From NCBI GenBank assembly GCA_964519835.1, contig CAZFLD010000008.1:27039-91038 (forward strand): a stretch of 64,000 bases of DNA, given 5' to 3'. The DNA comes from an uncultured Spirochaetales bacterium (lineage in GTDB: Bacteria; Spirochaetota; Spirochaetia; DSM-27196; CAZFLD01). Positions 31,078 to 40,374 of this stretch are shown here, piece by piece. A model generated the notes under the pieces. It had not been told where the DNA came from and did not search any database. It saw only the letters and a program-made list of their open reading frames with translations. Each line of letters starts with the position of its first letter. Position 1 is the stretch's first letter. The translations under genes and the position numbers were made by a program.

Positions 31078-32583
31078 ATGAGCCCAAAAAAACTTAGCAG
31101 GGCCTTTTACTCACGACGCTTTTTTTTGTTCAACCTGGTCCTCGTAGGCGTGATTCTCGGTTTTGTGCTCGCCGTGGCCCTCTTTTCGTGTTCCACCAGC
31201 CTCCAACCGGGCGACACGGCAACGGCGGACGAGGTTTCGAATCAGGACGCTGCAATAAGCCGCCTACGCAGCCTAGAAGACTCCTTTCACACCGTAGCCG
31301 AGGACGTGCTTCCAAGCGTTGTAAAAGTCGAAGTTGTCGAGGTTCGCACGGCGCCGCTTCCGGACGCCGAAGTCCCGTGGTTTGATTTCTTTTTTCCCTC
31401 GCCCGACGAGGAGAGCCCCCAGTTCAGGGACTTCCGGACCGAGGGTGTAGGCTCCGGCGTTGTTGTACGCAAAGACGGCAACCGGTACTACGTGTTGACC
31501 AACGATCACGTGATCGGGGAGGCGGACGAGATCCGAGTAACCCTGGACGATGGACGCAACTACGAAGGTGAGTTGGTAGGCAAAGACGCCCGCAAGGACT
31601 TGGCTCTGATCTCCTTCGATGCGCCCGGCACCACTATTCCCGAGGCCCGATTAGGCGACTCGGATCGTTTGCGAGTAGGCGACTGGGTTGTCGCTATCGG
31701 CACCCCGTTTGGGTTCCAGTCCACCGTTACCGCGGGTATTGTCAGCGCACTCGGGCGGAGAGGCGGACCTCAAAACAATATCAGTGACTTTATCCAGACG
31801 GACGCGGCCATCAACCAGGGCAACTCCGGTGGAGCACTTGTCAACCTGGACGGGGAAATCGTCGGCATAAACACCTGGATCACCTCGCAAACAGGCGGGA
31901 GCGTGGGACTCGGCTTCTCGATCCCGATTAACAACGCCCGGCGGGCCATCGGTGAGTTTATCGACGCGGGTACGGTGCGCTATGGGTGGCTGGGTGTACA
32001 GCTCGCGATTGTTACCGATGAAATCCGTGAGGCATTGGGTCTGGGTGAATTGCGCGGAGCCATGGTCGAGAATGTTTTTGTGAGCTCCCCCGCCTGGAAC
32101 GCGGGTTTCTATCCGGGAGACGTTATAATCGAGGTCGACGGTCAAAGCGTCCGGAGCAACGACGAGCTTATCGCCTTTGTGGGTGAGCTGCTGGTCGGGA
32201 CGGACGCCGTGTTTACGGTATGGCGGTCGGGAGAAACGTTTTTTTTGGAGGCGCGTATCCGCGCCCGGGCCGACGAACAGACCATCGCCGAGCAGAACAG
32301 GCGCCTGTGGCCGGGCATGTACTTGTTTCCCCTTTCCAACGAAATCCGTGATCGCACGGGGCTGGACCGCTCGACCCAGGGCGCCGTGGTTGCCGCCGTC
32401 GGACAGGGAACACCCGCCGACGAAGCAGGCGTTCGGGTGGGCGATGTGCTTACGAGCATCGGCGAGGTTCCGATCACCGGCCTCGGCGATGCTTTCTCAA
32501 AGCTTGGCAACAGGTCGGTATCCGCATTCGAGTTGTATGTGATTCGCGACGGTCAAGAACTTGTCCTGCTCCTGGACCGATAA
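31078..32583 (+). CDS. htrA: HtrA/DegP-family periplasmic serine protease with two PDZ-like domains
   Basis: Catalytic triad contexts TNDHVI, DLALI and GNSGGALVN, with an N-terminal TM/signal anchor. ATG 31078. Confidence 0.92.
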   Translation: MSPKKLSRAFYSRRFFLFNLVLVGVILGFVLAVALFSCSTSLQPGDTATADEVSNQDAAISRLRSLEDSFHTVAEDVLPSVVKVEVVEVRTAPLPDAEVPWFDFFFPSPDEESPQFRDFRTEGVGSGVVVRKDGNRYYVLTNDHVIGEADEIRVTLDDGRNYEGELVGKDARKDLALISFDAPGTTIPEARLGDSDRLRVGDWVVAIGTPFGFQSTVTAGIVSALGRRGGPQNNISDFIQTDAAINQGNSGGALVNLDGEIVGINTWITSQTGGSVGLGFSIPINNARRAIGEFIDAGTVRYGWLGVQLAIVTDEIREALGLGELRGAMVENVFVSSPAWNAGFYPGDVIIEVDGQSVRSNDELIAFVGELLVGTDAVFTVWRSGETFFLEARIRARADEQTIAEQNRRLWPGMYLFPLSNEIRDRTGLDRSTQGAVVAAVGQGTPADEAGVRVGDVLTSIGEVPITGLGDAFSKLGNRSVSAFELYVIRDGQELVLLLDR

Positions 32584-32618
32584 CAGAATGGCCTGAGCCC
32601 TCTGGAGTCATTTGAAAA

Positions 32619-33215
32619 GTGAAAGAGTTTATCGCCTACGAAACGGTAAGAGACAACGCAATCAAGCTTGCGCATCAAATACACAAAGACGGTTTTGTGC
32701 CTGATGTCATCTACGTTAGCCTCCGGGGCGGCGCCTACTTGGGCAACGTCATCAGTGAGTACTTCAAGGCAATCAGGCGAGGCGGTCGTCCTGTGTTCTA
32801 CGCTGCCGTTGTGGCACGTTCGTACACGGATGTTCGGCAATCCGAACGGGTCATGGTGGACGGATGGACCTACAGTCCGGAATTCCTGCGGTCGGGCGAC
32901 AAGGTACTCCTCGTCGACGACATCTTCGACTCCGGCCGTACGGTCAACCATCTGATAGAGATCATCCTGGCCAAAGGACTGCCCCGTGAAGACGTACGAA
33001 TCGCGGTCCACGACTTCAAGACACGGAGCTACGAACAGGATGCGGCAGCCATTCAACCGGACTACTACTGCCGCAAACACGAGATCATCGATCCGGCTGA
33101 GGACAATTGGATTCACTACCTCAGCCATGAGCTGGTCGGCCTAAGCGAAGAGGAAATCAAGCAGCATTACCAAAGTGATCCCGAAGTACAAAGCATCTTG
33201 TTGGACCACAGGTAG
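32619..33215 (+). CDS. Phosphoribosyltransferase (purine PRTase-like)
   Basis: PRPP-binding motif VLLVDDIFDSGRT. 198 aa, GTG start. Confidence 0.75.
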   Translation: MKEFIAYETVRDNAIKLAHQIHKDGFVPDVIYVSLRGGAYLGNVISEYFKAIRRGGRPVFYAAVVARSYTDVRQSERVMVDGWTYSPEFLRSGDKVLLVDDIFDSGRTVNHLIEIILAKGLPREDVRIAVHDFKTRSYEQDAAAIQPDYYCRKHEIIDPAEDNWIHYLSHELVGLSEEEIKQHYQSDPEVQSILLDHR

Positions 33216-33222
33216 TTTAGAT

Positions 33223-36200
33223 TTGAGGCGACTAATTGCGTTAGTTCTATTGTGTATACCGGTTTTCTCCGGCATCTCCCAAGAAAACCCGACACCGGAG
33301 ATCACCGTATCACCGGCACCGGGAGTATATCGGTCCAACGTCCGCCTCGAAATGTCCTACGACGATCCTTCGGTCTTGTTGGTTTTCTCGTTTCCGCGTT
33401 CTCTCGACGGAACCAGGCGGCAGTTTGAGTTTCCGCTCCGCCTGTCGGCACTTCCCGGCGAGGAGCGGATTTACGACATTCGCATAGAAGCCGTACGCGA
33501 CGGCATTGTTGTCGCCGAGAGGAACGTCACCTACCGAGTTGACAAAGACGCGCCTGTAGCGCCTGAACCGACTCTTGCACCGGGTGTGTATACATCGAAC
33601 CGTGTGCTGGCCTTTGAGGTCGAGTCCGACGCCGAGGTAGCTTACACCCTCTCAGACCCGGTCACGTCGACAACCGGGCGATGGGACGGTTTTGGCCTGT
33701 CGCTTACCGCCGAGAGCGGCGAACGCCGAGACTACCTCGTGGAGACCTACGCCGTAGACGCCGCCGGCAACCAGTCGATGATGGTCACACGACGGTTTTC
33801 CATCGACCGAAGCGGCGAGAGCGTCCAGGCCCGGCGTTTCGAGATCAGAAGCCCCGCACCCGGAGATTTTGCGAATCAACAGACCCTCCATATCGAGGTT
33901 TCGGGAGCGGAGTGGGTCCGGTATGCCTTCAACGACACGGACCCGGTCACAAACGGCGCGCCGTACACAGGTCCGGTGCGGATCGAAGGCGAGGGTCAAA
34001 TACTTGTGCGAGTGGCCGCATCGTTTGATCCCGAGGAAGACCCGCAATACCGCGAGGTGCTGTTTTCCCAAGCCGCCGCCGAAGGGCAGTTGACGACTAG
34101 AGATCCCCTTACCGGTGTAGTAGTGGTAACCCCGCCTGAGGGATCACCGATCAGATACACGACCGAGGAACGCACGCCGACGGATTCGGACCCGCTGTTG
34201 ACAACCCAACTGAGCCTCGAGCCTCCCCGCGGCAGCATTCGGTATTTACCGTTTCGCTGGATCGACCCCTCCGCCGCTGAGAACCGAGAGTTTCGCCGGT
34301 TTTTTGTGCTCGACGGCAGGGTGCCTGCTGAGCCGGCGGTTACGCCGCTCTCACCGCTCCCGTTGCGCGCAAACGTGGAGTTTGTGATCCGTGCGAGCGA
34401 CGGCGCGGCCACGTATTACAGCATCGACGGTTCAGAACCGGATATTCTATCGCCACGGTATAACGGCGGCGTCTTATCTCTGGAGCTGCCCGAAGGGTCC
34501 GGAACCCTCGTCTTTAACGCTCGATCTCGATTTCCCAACGGGAACTGGGGGCCAACAACCAGGGCCGAGTTCGCCTTCGACACTATTCCGCCGGATGTAC
34601 CGGAAGTTCAGGTGGTTCGCGAGTCACCGGCGGGCTCGGTCGAGATTGAGCTCTCCGGTTCCGGCGACGACGTGTTTGTCTACTCAATCGCCGTGGGAGA
34701 CGATAGGCCGCCGCCACCGGATTCCAACTCGTCTCAAATCCAGTCGCCCTTTTTGCTTACCGGTCCGTACGGCTACAGCAATCGTTTTTCATTACGGTTT
34801 GCAGCCCGGGATACGGCCGGAAACGTTTCCGACGCCACCGAGCCTTATACCTTTCTTATCGACAAGGCGGCTCCGCCGGCACCACAGATCACTCAGAAAT
34901 CAATCACCGAGGGTGATTCGTTAGAAACGCCGGAACGTCGCCGTGGGGAACCGATCGTCGTTGTCGTTTCAGGAAGCGGGAGGCTCTTCTACCGTGTCCA
35001 GCCGGTAGGCGTCGAATCACAGGAGTTTAGGCCCTACGAGGAGCAGATCCGCCTCGAAGGACAAGAGCGCGTCCGGAGGGAATATGTACTCGAGGCCTAC
35101 GCCGAGGACGAGTTCGGGAATCGAAGCAGCACCGTTTTAGTCTCGGACCTCGTCGTGGATAGGCGGGTACCCAGTCTACCGGAAATCGAAGGGGTGCAAC
35201 ACGGGGACTTGTTGTCTACGGATGTGGTTGAGATTCGGTTTCCCGGTCGCCAACCGGAGCTGCGCATTCGTTACGAGCAGAGCACAACGGGAGAGGCACC
35301 GGAGCCGGGCCCGGAGTCTCCGGTAGTAGGCGACGGGCTTGTTTTGGAGATACCAATCGATGAGGAAGTGGAGTTTTCGCTTGCCTTTAGACCCGAATTC
35401 GCCGACGGGGGCTTGCCCGGAGTGGTAACAAGAGTTGCGTTTCGCGTAGACCGGAAGGCGCCGGCGGTGCCGTCCCTCGAAGGGATTTCAGACGGCGACG
35501 TTTTCGGCCGCAATGTTTCGGTAGCCGTATCGTCGACGCGGCCCGGCGAGCAGGTGTTTGTCCTTCTCCTGCCGGAAGAAGAGGCAGACGAAGTCGACGT
35601 ATTTGCGGAGGGGTTTGTCTACACCTCGCCGCTACAAGCAGAAACCAAGGAAGGCACGGAACAGAGCTACGCAGTCTACCTAGCGGCTCGTGATACGGCC
35701 GGGAACGAGACAACACGTGATAGACCGATTCGGTTTGTCGTTGACCGGCTGGCACCGCCTCCTCCCGAGCTTACCGCCTACCAGGGCAGTCCGGCCGCGC
35801 AGAACCCGGACACAATCGCGCCCCCCGGCCCCATCAACACGGGAGCTATTGTCGAGATCATCGCTGAGACCGATCAGATTCTCTACGCGCTCACCAACGA
35901 CGGAAGCATTCCTCGGGATCCCAAGCGAGAATACACAAGTCGCCTGTCGCTTCCGGGACGGAGGAATCAGGAGACCGAATACAACTTGATTGCCGTTGCG
36001 GTGGACGACGCGGGCAACCAAAGCAGACCGGCGGGACCGTTGACAATCCTCATTGACAGGGCACCGCCTCGACCACCCGACGCGCCAAGCATCCGGTACA
36101 CCGACAATCGCGTCCGTGACTCCGGGACCATCGCCTGGCGGAGCAATCCCGACTACGACCTCTACTACCGCATCGACGGCGAGGAGTTTGAGCGCTATGA

Positions 36201-38301
36201 AGAGCCCGTCGAATGGAGCTTCGACGCCGACGATAGAGATTTCGAGATCGAATACTACTCGGCGGACCGCGCCGGTAACACAAGCGAAACCTACCTCTAC
36301 GAGCTGACCGCGCCGGAACAGGTTCCCGAGCCTGTTCTGATGGACTTAGTGGACGGCGGGCTTTACAACGGGGAGGTAGCCGTCCGGAATGAGACGCCCG
36401 GCGACCTTATCGTCCGGTACGAGCTTGCCACCGGCGATTCCGCTCCGAGTGACGTAACGCGGTTTTCACCGATCCTAGGCCCCGTTACACGATTTGAGGC
36501 CAATCCGGGCGAGACACTCCGCTACCGGCTTGCAACCCGGTCCTTCGCCCGGGACGGATCGGCCTCACAACTGGTCACGCGAGATTTCGCCATCGACAGA
36601 AGTCCACCGACGCCACCGACGCTCACCGGGGCCGAGGACCGCGGTTTTTACCAGGAGGACGTGACCATAACACTTCAGGCGCCGGACGGAGACATATACG
36701 TGTCGGTTCGCAGACGGGACGTCGCGGCCGGTAATGGTACAGAGCCGAGTTTCGAAAAGTATAACGGACCCATCACACTTCGCTCCGAGGCGGGCACCTT
36801 TGCGTCATACGTCGTAGAGGCCTTTAGTCTCGATCAAGCCGGCAATCGCAGTCCGCAGAACGCCCAGTGGGAAGTCTTTATCGATCGCGAAATCATCTAC
36901 GTCTCCCCGGACGGCAATGACAACGCGCCGGGCACAAGGGTCGCGCCAATTGCGGGGATAAGCCGGGCCCTCGAGATGGCTGAAGCAGGCGACAGGAAGA
37001 CAATATTCCTGCAGACCGGCGAATACACGCTGTCCGCGCCGACAGCTGTGGATGGCGACCTATCCATCATAGGAGGCTTCTCCGAGAACTGGCGCATCGC
37101 GGAAGACCGGGATGCCCGCTCGATACTCAGGCGATCGGACTCACTGACCGAAAAACGGGCCTTCTTCTCGGTCTCCGAGGGAACTCTCGAATTGCAGCGC
37201 ATCGAAATTGCAGACGAAGACGCCCACTTCGACGCCGTCTTTGTGGTAGAGGGGGGCACCCTTGTCTATTCCCACTCCAACCTAAGGGTCCGTGGCGCCA
37301 CACTCGCCATAAGCCAACAGGTCGGCCGTACCGTCCTGCAGGACGCGAGCATTCGCGCCGAGCAGAGCATAGCCGGAACTCTGATCCGCGCCGTGGGCGG
37401 CAGCCTCGACGTGCGGGACACGGTGCTCGAGTCGAGGGACTCGGTGGCGGACATGACCCTTATCAACGCGCTGAGCACTGAAGCCACAAGTCTCCGGCGG
37501 TCCACGTTAATACCGGGATCCGGCGCCTCGACCCGTGGTCTGTATGCAATCGGCGGACTGGTCAACCTCGTGGACAGCTACGTCAACTCCGGCGTCGGCC
37601 GTACATCGGCGCAGGCGGTTGTGCTGGATTCGGTCGTGGCCGGCATAGAAAACTCGAGAATAACTGGATCCGACGAGGCTCCCCTTTCCGTGGTGGTCAG
37701 CGTCGACAACTCCGATCTCTCAATCACCTCGAGCCGTTTGGAGGCGGCTGCCGGCAACGGCTCGACGGCTCTGTCGGCACGCTCGAGCACGTTGTTTGTG
37801 GAGGAGACAACCATAGTCGGCTCCAACACGGGTGAGTTTTTGTACCTAATGAACGTGCGAGGCTCCGAAGCGGAGTTTCGCGGCAACACGCTCCAGGGTG
37901 GCCGGACGGGCGACTTTATCGCGGCGATCCTTCGCGCCTCGCGAACACAGTGGGTGGACAATCGGATTGAGGCGGGCCCGGGACAGAGCTTCACGGCGGC
38001 ATTCCACATTACCGAAGATGGCCAGACGGTCCTCGAGAACAACAACATCCGACACGACCGATTGGTGGGAAGTGCAATCTACGTGGGCTCGAACGTGCTC
38101 GACCTACAGATCGTAGACAATACGTTCTATGGGTGGCACATCCTTATGGAAGAGGAGACGGGGCTCCCGTCTAACTGGCGCACGGAAACGCCGCTGACAC
38201 AAACAATCGATACGGCGGAAAAGCTCAACGAGCGCGACGGATCCCGACCGGGATTTCTCATTCGAGACAACACCGCCGAGGTTTTTGTCAATAGCAACTG
38301 A
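33223..38301 (+). CDS. Giant secreted modular protein: about 10 Ig/FN3-like (chitobiase-C-like) modules plus a C-terminal right-handed beta-helix
   Basis: TTG 33223 gives MRRLIALVLLCIPVFSGISQ (signal peptide). Modules recur with PGVY..., Y.GP[IV] and D-x-A-G-N-x-S motifs and with ...D[RK]xAPxxP boundaries. From ~36892, IIYVSPDGNDNAPGTRVAPIAGISRAL begins a pectin-lyase-fold-like beta-helix. The track start at 33175 overlaps the upstream gene. Confidence 0.75.
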   Translation: MRRLIALVLLCIPVFSGISQENPTPEITVSPAPGVYRSNVRLEMSYDDPSVLLVFSFPRSLDGTRRQFEFPLRLSALPGEERIYDIRIEAVRDGIVVAERNVTYRVDKDAPVAPEPTLAPGVYTSNRVLAFEVESDAEVAYTLSDPVTSTTGRWDGFGLSLTAESGERRDYLVETYAVDAAGNQSMMVTRRFSIDRSGESVQARRFEIRSPAPGDFANQQTLHIEVSGAEWVRYAFNDTDPVTNGAPYTGPVRIEGEGQILVRVAASFDPEEDPQYREVLFSQAAAEGQLTTRDPLTGVVVVTPPEGSPIRYTTEERTPTDSDPLLTTQLSLEPPRGSIRYLPFRWIDPSAAENREFRRFFVLDGRVPAEPAVTPLSPLPLRANVEFVIRASDGAATYYSIDGSEPDILSPRYNGGVLSLELPEGSGTLVFNARSRFPNGNWGPTTRAEFAFDTIPPDVPEVQVVRESPAGSVEIELSGSGDDVFVYSIAVGDDRPPPPDSNSSQIQSPFLLTGPYGYSNRFSLRFAARDTAGNVSDATEPYTFLIDKAAPPAPQITQKSITEGDSLETPERRRGEPIVVVVSGSGRLFYRVQPVGVESQEFRPYEEQIRLEGQERVRREYVLEAYAEDEFGNRSSTVLVSDLVVDRRVPSLPEIEGVQHGDLLSTDVVEIRFPGRQPELRIRYEQSTTGEAPEPGPESPVVGDGLVLEIPIDEEVEFSLAFRPEFADGGLPGVVTRVAFRVDRKAPAVPSLEGISDGDVFGRNVSVAVSSTRPGEQVFVLLLPEEEADEVDVFAEGFVYTSPLQAETKEGTEQSYAVYLAARDTAGNETTRDRPIRFVVDRLAPPPPELTAYQGSPAAQNPDTIAPPGPINTGAIVEIIAETDQILYALTNDGSIPRDPKREYTSRLSLPGRRNQETEYNLIAVAVDDAGNQSRPAGPLTILIDRAPPRPPDAPSIRYTDNRVRDSGTIAWRSNPDYDLYYRIDGEEFERYEEPVEWSFDADDRDFEIEYYSADRAGNTSETYLYELTAPEQVPEPVLMDLVDGGLYNGEVAVRNETPGDLIVRYELATGDSAPSDVTRFSPILGPVTRFEANPGETLRYRLATRSFARDGSASQLVTRDFAIDRSPPTPPTLTGAEDRGFYQEDVTITLQAPDGDIYVSVRRRDVAAGNGTEPSFEKYNGPITLRSEAGTFASYVVEAFSLDQAGNRSPQNAQWEVFIDREIIYVSPDGNDNAPGTRVAPIAGISRALEMAEAGDRKTIFLQTGEYTLSAPTAVDGDLSIIGGFSENWRIAEDRDARSILRRSDSLTEKRAFFSVSEGTLELQRIEIADEDAHFDAVFVVEGGTLVYSHSNLRVRGATLAISQQVGRTVLQDASIRAEQSIAGTLIRAVGGSLDVRDTVLESRDSVADMTLINALSTEATSLRRSTLIPGSGASTRGLYAIGGLVNLVDSYVNSGVGRTSAQAVVLDSVVAGIENSRITGSDEAPLSVVVSVDNSDLSITSSRLEAAAGNGSTALSARSSTLFVEETTIVGSNTGEFLYLMNVRGSEAEFRGNTLQGGRTGDFIAAILRASRTQWVDNRIEAGPGQSFTAAFHITEDGQTVLENNNIRHDRLVGSAIYVGSNVLDLQIVDNTFYGWHILMEEETGLPSNWRTETPLTQTIDTAEKLNERDGSRPGFLIRDNTAEVFVNSN

Positions 38302-38306
38302 TTCGT

Positions 38307-39521
38307 TTATTCACGAACCCAGAGCGTTTTGTCTTGGTAGTAATAGTTGCGCCACAACCCGACGCCTATGGTACCGGCGAACACAAGAGGGCTGTCGTCC
38401 GGCGGAGTTGACGGAGCGTTCTCCACCGGCATAATCGCCGGAGAGCTATCAACATAAAAGGTCGTTATGGCGCCGTTGGAGAGCTCGCTGGGCAGATAGT
38501 TGCCGCCGGTGCCCGCAACGTCCGGTAGGCTCGCAAATCGATCGATAGCAAGATCCACCTGCCCGTCACCGTCGCCGTCGGTGAGTTGGAAGTATCCATG
38601 TTTGTTGGTACCCACGAGGAGCGCGCCGAACTCTCCGTACTCAACGTATACGAGGTCGGAAAAGGACACAGCCTGCTCGTTGATACTAAGGGCTTGCTCG
38701 TGTGTTGCGAAACTCCCGTCTTCGAACCGCACGAGGAAGCCGGTTGACGTTGAGATGTACACGGCCTCTTCCCCCGCCGGACCGCCGTAGTACAGGCCTC
38801 TGAACGCCGTGTTCGAGGGAAAACTCACTCCGGTATCAACCGTAGAGAGAGCGGCCATGTTGCTTCCCCGGTAGATGTTTTGCGCATCGATTGCCCAATA
38901 GTCGGCACCGTCGTGCACGATATCGAGGATTCGCAGCGAACCGGCGGCAATAACCTCGCTAAAAGCACTACCGTCGGTCGAGCGGTACACACCGTAGCCG
39001 GCGACGGTTCCGCTGCCCACTTGGCTCGATTCGGTGGTCACAACAAACAACTCATCGCCGGCGCCGACGGATACCACGTGAAGACCGCTTACGCCGTCGG
39101 TGGCGTCCAAACCGGTTGTAGTTGCGGCCGACCAACTCGGGTCGGAGGCGCTTGGGTCGAAGGTAAATAGCCCGGAGTCTTCCCCGTTGGTGGACGCGAG
39201 AGCACCGTAAACCAACGAGTTAAAGGAAGCCGCGTCGGCCGCAAGGTCGTAACCTGACGGGCCGGCAATTTCAGTCCACCGGCCGTCGGAGGGCGTCTCC
39301 GCCGTAGCGCTCCTAATGTAGACTCTGCCTGAAGAGGCAACGTATGTGTTCCCGACGCGGAACATCGACGAAACGGTGGAATTATCGGCGAATCCGAGGT
39401 CGAGATCCCGCCGAACCTCCGATTCGATGCTCGCAAATATACCAACCGGCCCCTCGGTGCATCCGATCAGGAGCACCAAGGAGGCGATAAGGCTCACGAA
39501 GAGTAGTAGTCGCTTGATCAT
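38307..39521 (-). CDS. Lipoprotein with beta-propeller-like repeats
   Basis: ATG 39521 lies 5 nt after GAGGAA and gives MIKRLLLFVSLIASLVLLIGC (lipobox). Motifs of the type [VI]Y[RI][SG].. recur (VYRSTDGSAF, IYRGSNMAAL, VYIRSATAE). Longer in-frame starts exist at 39536 and 39626. Confidence 0.65.
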   Translation of the reverse strand: MIKRLLLFVSLIASLVLLIGCTEGPVGIFASIESEVRRDLDLGFADNSTVSSMFRVGNTYVASSGRVYIRSATAETPSDGRWTEIAGPSGYDLAADAASFNSLVYGALASTNGEDSGLFTFDPSASDPSWSAATTTGLDATDGVSGLHVVSVGAGDELFVVTTESSQVGSGTVAGYGVYRSTDGSAFSEVIAAGSLRILDIVHDGADYWAIDAQNIYRGSNMAALSTVDTGVSFPSNTAFRGLYYGGPAGEEAVYISTSTGFLVRFEDGSFATHEQALSINEQAVSFSDLVYVEYGEFGALLVGTNKHGYFQLTDGDGDGQVDLAIDRFASLPDVAGTGGNYLPSELSNGAITTFYVDSSPAIMPVENAPSTPPDDSPLVFAGTIGVGLWRNYYYQDKTLWVRE

Positions 39522-39654
39522 TGTTTCCTCGCTCATGGGCTTTTCTCGTCCAGGCTTCTGTTGCCGGGGTTTCCATCGCCCCGGCAGCAGTAACCCAACA
39601 TGTCGCATGATTCCGACAAGTGCCAAAAAACGCCCGAATTTGACCTGATAAGGC

Positions 39655-40299
39655 CTAAAAATGGTAAAGGGCGGAGAGAGTCACCTCAAAAAAGTTGCCG
39701 ATACGCGTGTCGGCGGCTCGGGAGCCGTTGTAAATCTGTGGCACCCACCAGTAAACCACGTTGGCCCCAAACGCCCAGTTTGCGTCGAAGTTCCAATAGA
39801 ACGATCCGCCGGGTTTGAGAATGGGACTCACATGAAACTGATCGTCGAGCCGCTCGAAATTCGCCCCGACGCCAAGATAGAGCGGAACCTCAAACGGATA
39901 GCTTCGAAAGAAGTACGAGACTTGTGCCGTAAGGGGAAGCATAAACAGCACCCGGTCGTTGGGCGTAAACGAAAACATGCCGCCAATCTCCGCGCCGATT
40001 GAAAGCTCGTTGGTCAAAAAAGTTGCCCACCGGAGAGCGCCGGCACCACCAATCGTAAGGTTCGTGGCTTGAAAACGCTCCGTACCCGTGGGGATGTCTG
40101 CTACCGGATTGAAGGAGAACAGCGGGAAAAAGCCGCCCAAGTTGATCGAGAACATCTGATCGCCGAGTGTATACGAAGGAATAATCTCCTCCTGCCCGGG
40201 GGGATCCGTCGGGGTTGTTTCTTGTGCAAACAGTCCTGCGCCCGCGAAAACGACCAAAAACGCTACACAGGGAACCAAGTGACGTGTTGTGAGTTTCAC
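39655..40299 (-). CDS. Small outer-membrane beta-barrel protein
   Basis: GTG 40299 gives MKLTTRHLVPCVAFLVVFAGAGLFAQE (signal peptide). It has alternating-hydrophobic strands with Gly/aromatic girdles and a C-terminal ...LSALYHF (terminal Phe). The track ORF extends to 40743 only because no stop occurs opposite folD. Confidence 0.7.
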   Translation of the reverse strand: MKLTTRHLVPCVAFLVVFAGAGLFAQETTPTDPPGQEEIIPSYTLGDQMFSINLGGFFPLFSFNPVADIPTGTERFQATNLTIGGAGALRWATFLTNELSIGAEIGGMFSFTPNDRVLFMLPLTAQVSYFFRSYPFEVPLYLGVGANFERLDDQFHVSPILKPGGSFYWNFDANWAFGANVVYWWVPQIYNGSRAADTRIGNFFEVTLSALYHF

Positions 40300-40306
40300 C
40301 AGGAAA

Positions 40307-40336
40307 AGTCTATCACGCGGCGGTTTGTGCTTACAA
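40307..40336 (-). promoter_or_regulatory. Candidate promoter of the barrel-lipoprotein operon (leaderless geometry)
   Basis: On the minus strand: TTGTAA (40336-40331), an 18-nt spacer, then TGaTAGACT (-10 at 40312-40307). GTG 40299 lies 7 nt downstream and has no Shine-Dalgarno. Confidence 0.3.
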
Positions 40337-40374
40337 GCTTGAAGAAATTGCTTTGACCGTGGTACAAGGCGGCT

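Noticed and set aside
40300-40374. Possible ZTP (pfl) riboswitch, since folD and purH are classic ZTP-regulated genes.
   Set aside because: The intergenic region is only 75 nt and lacks the conserved ZTP motif strings (for example GGGTCGTGAC...CCGGGCGGA...CCGCCTGGGCA-like). It appears to be occupied by two divergent promoters.
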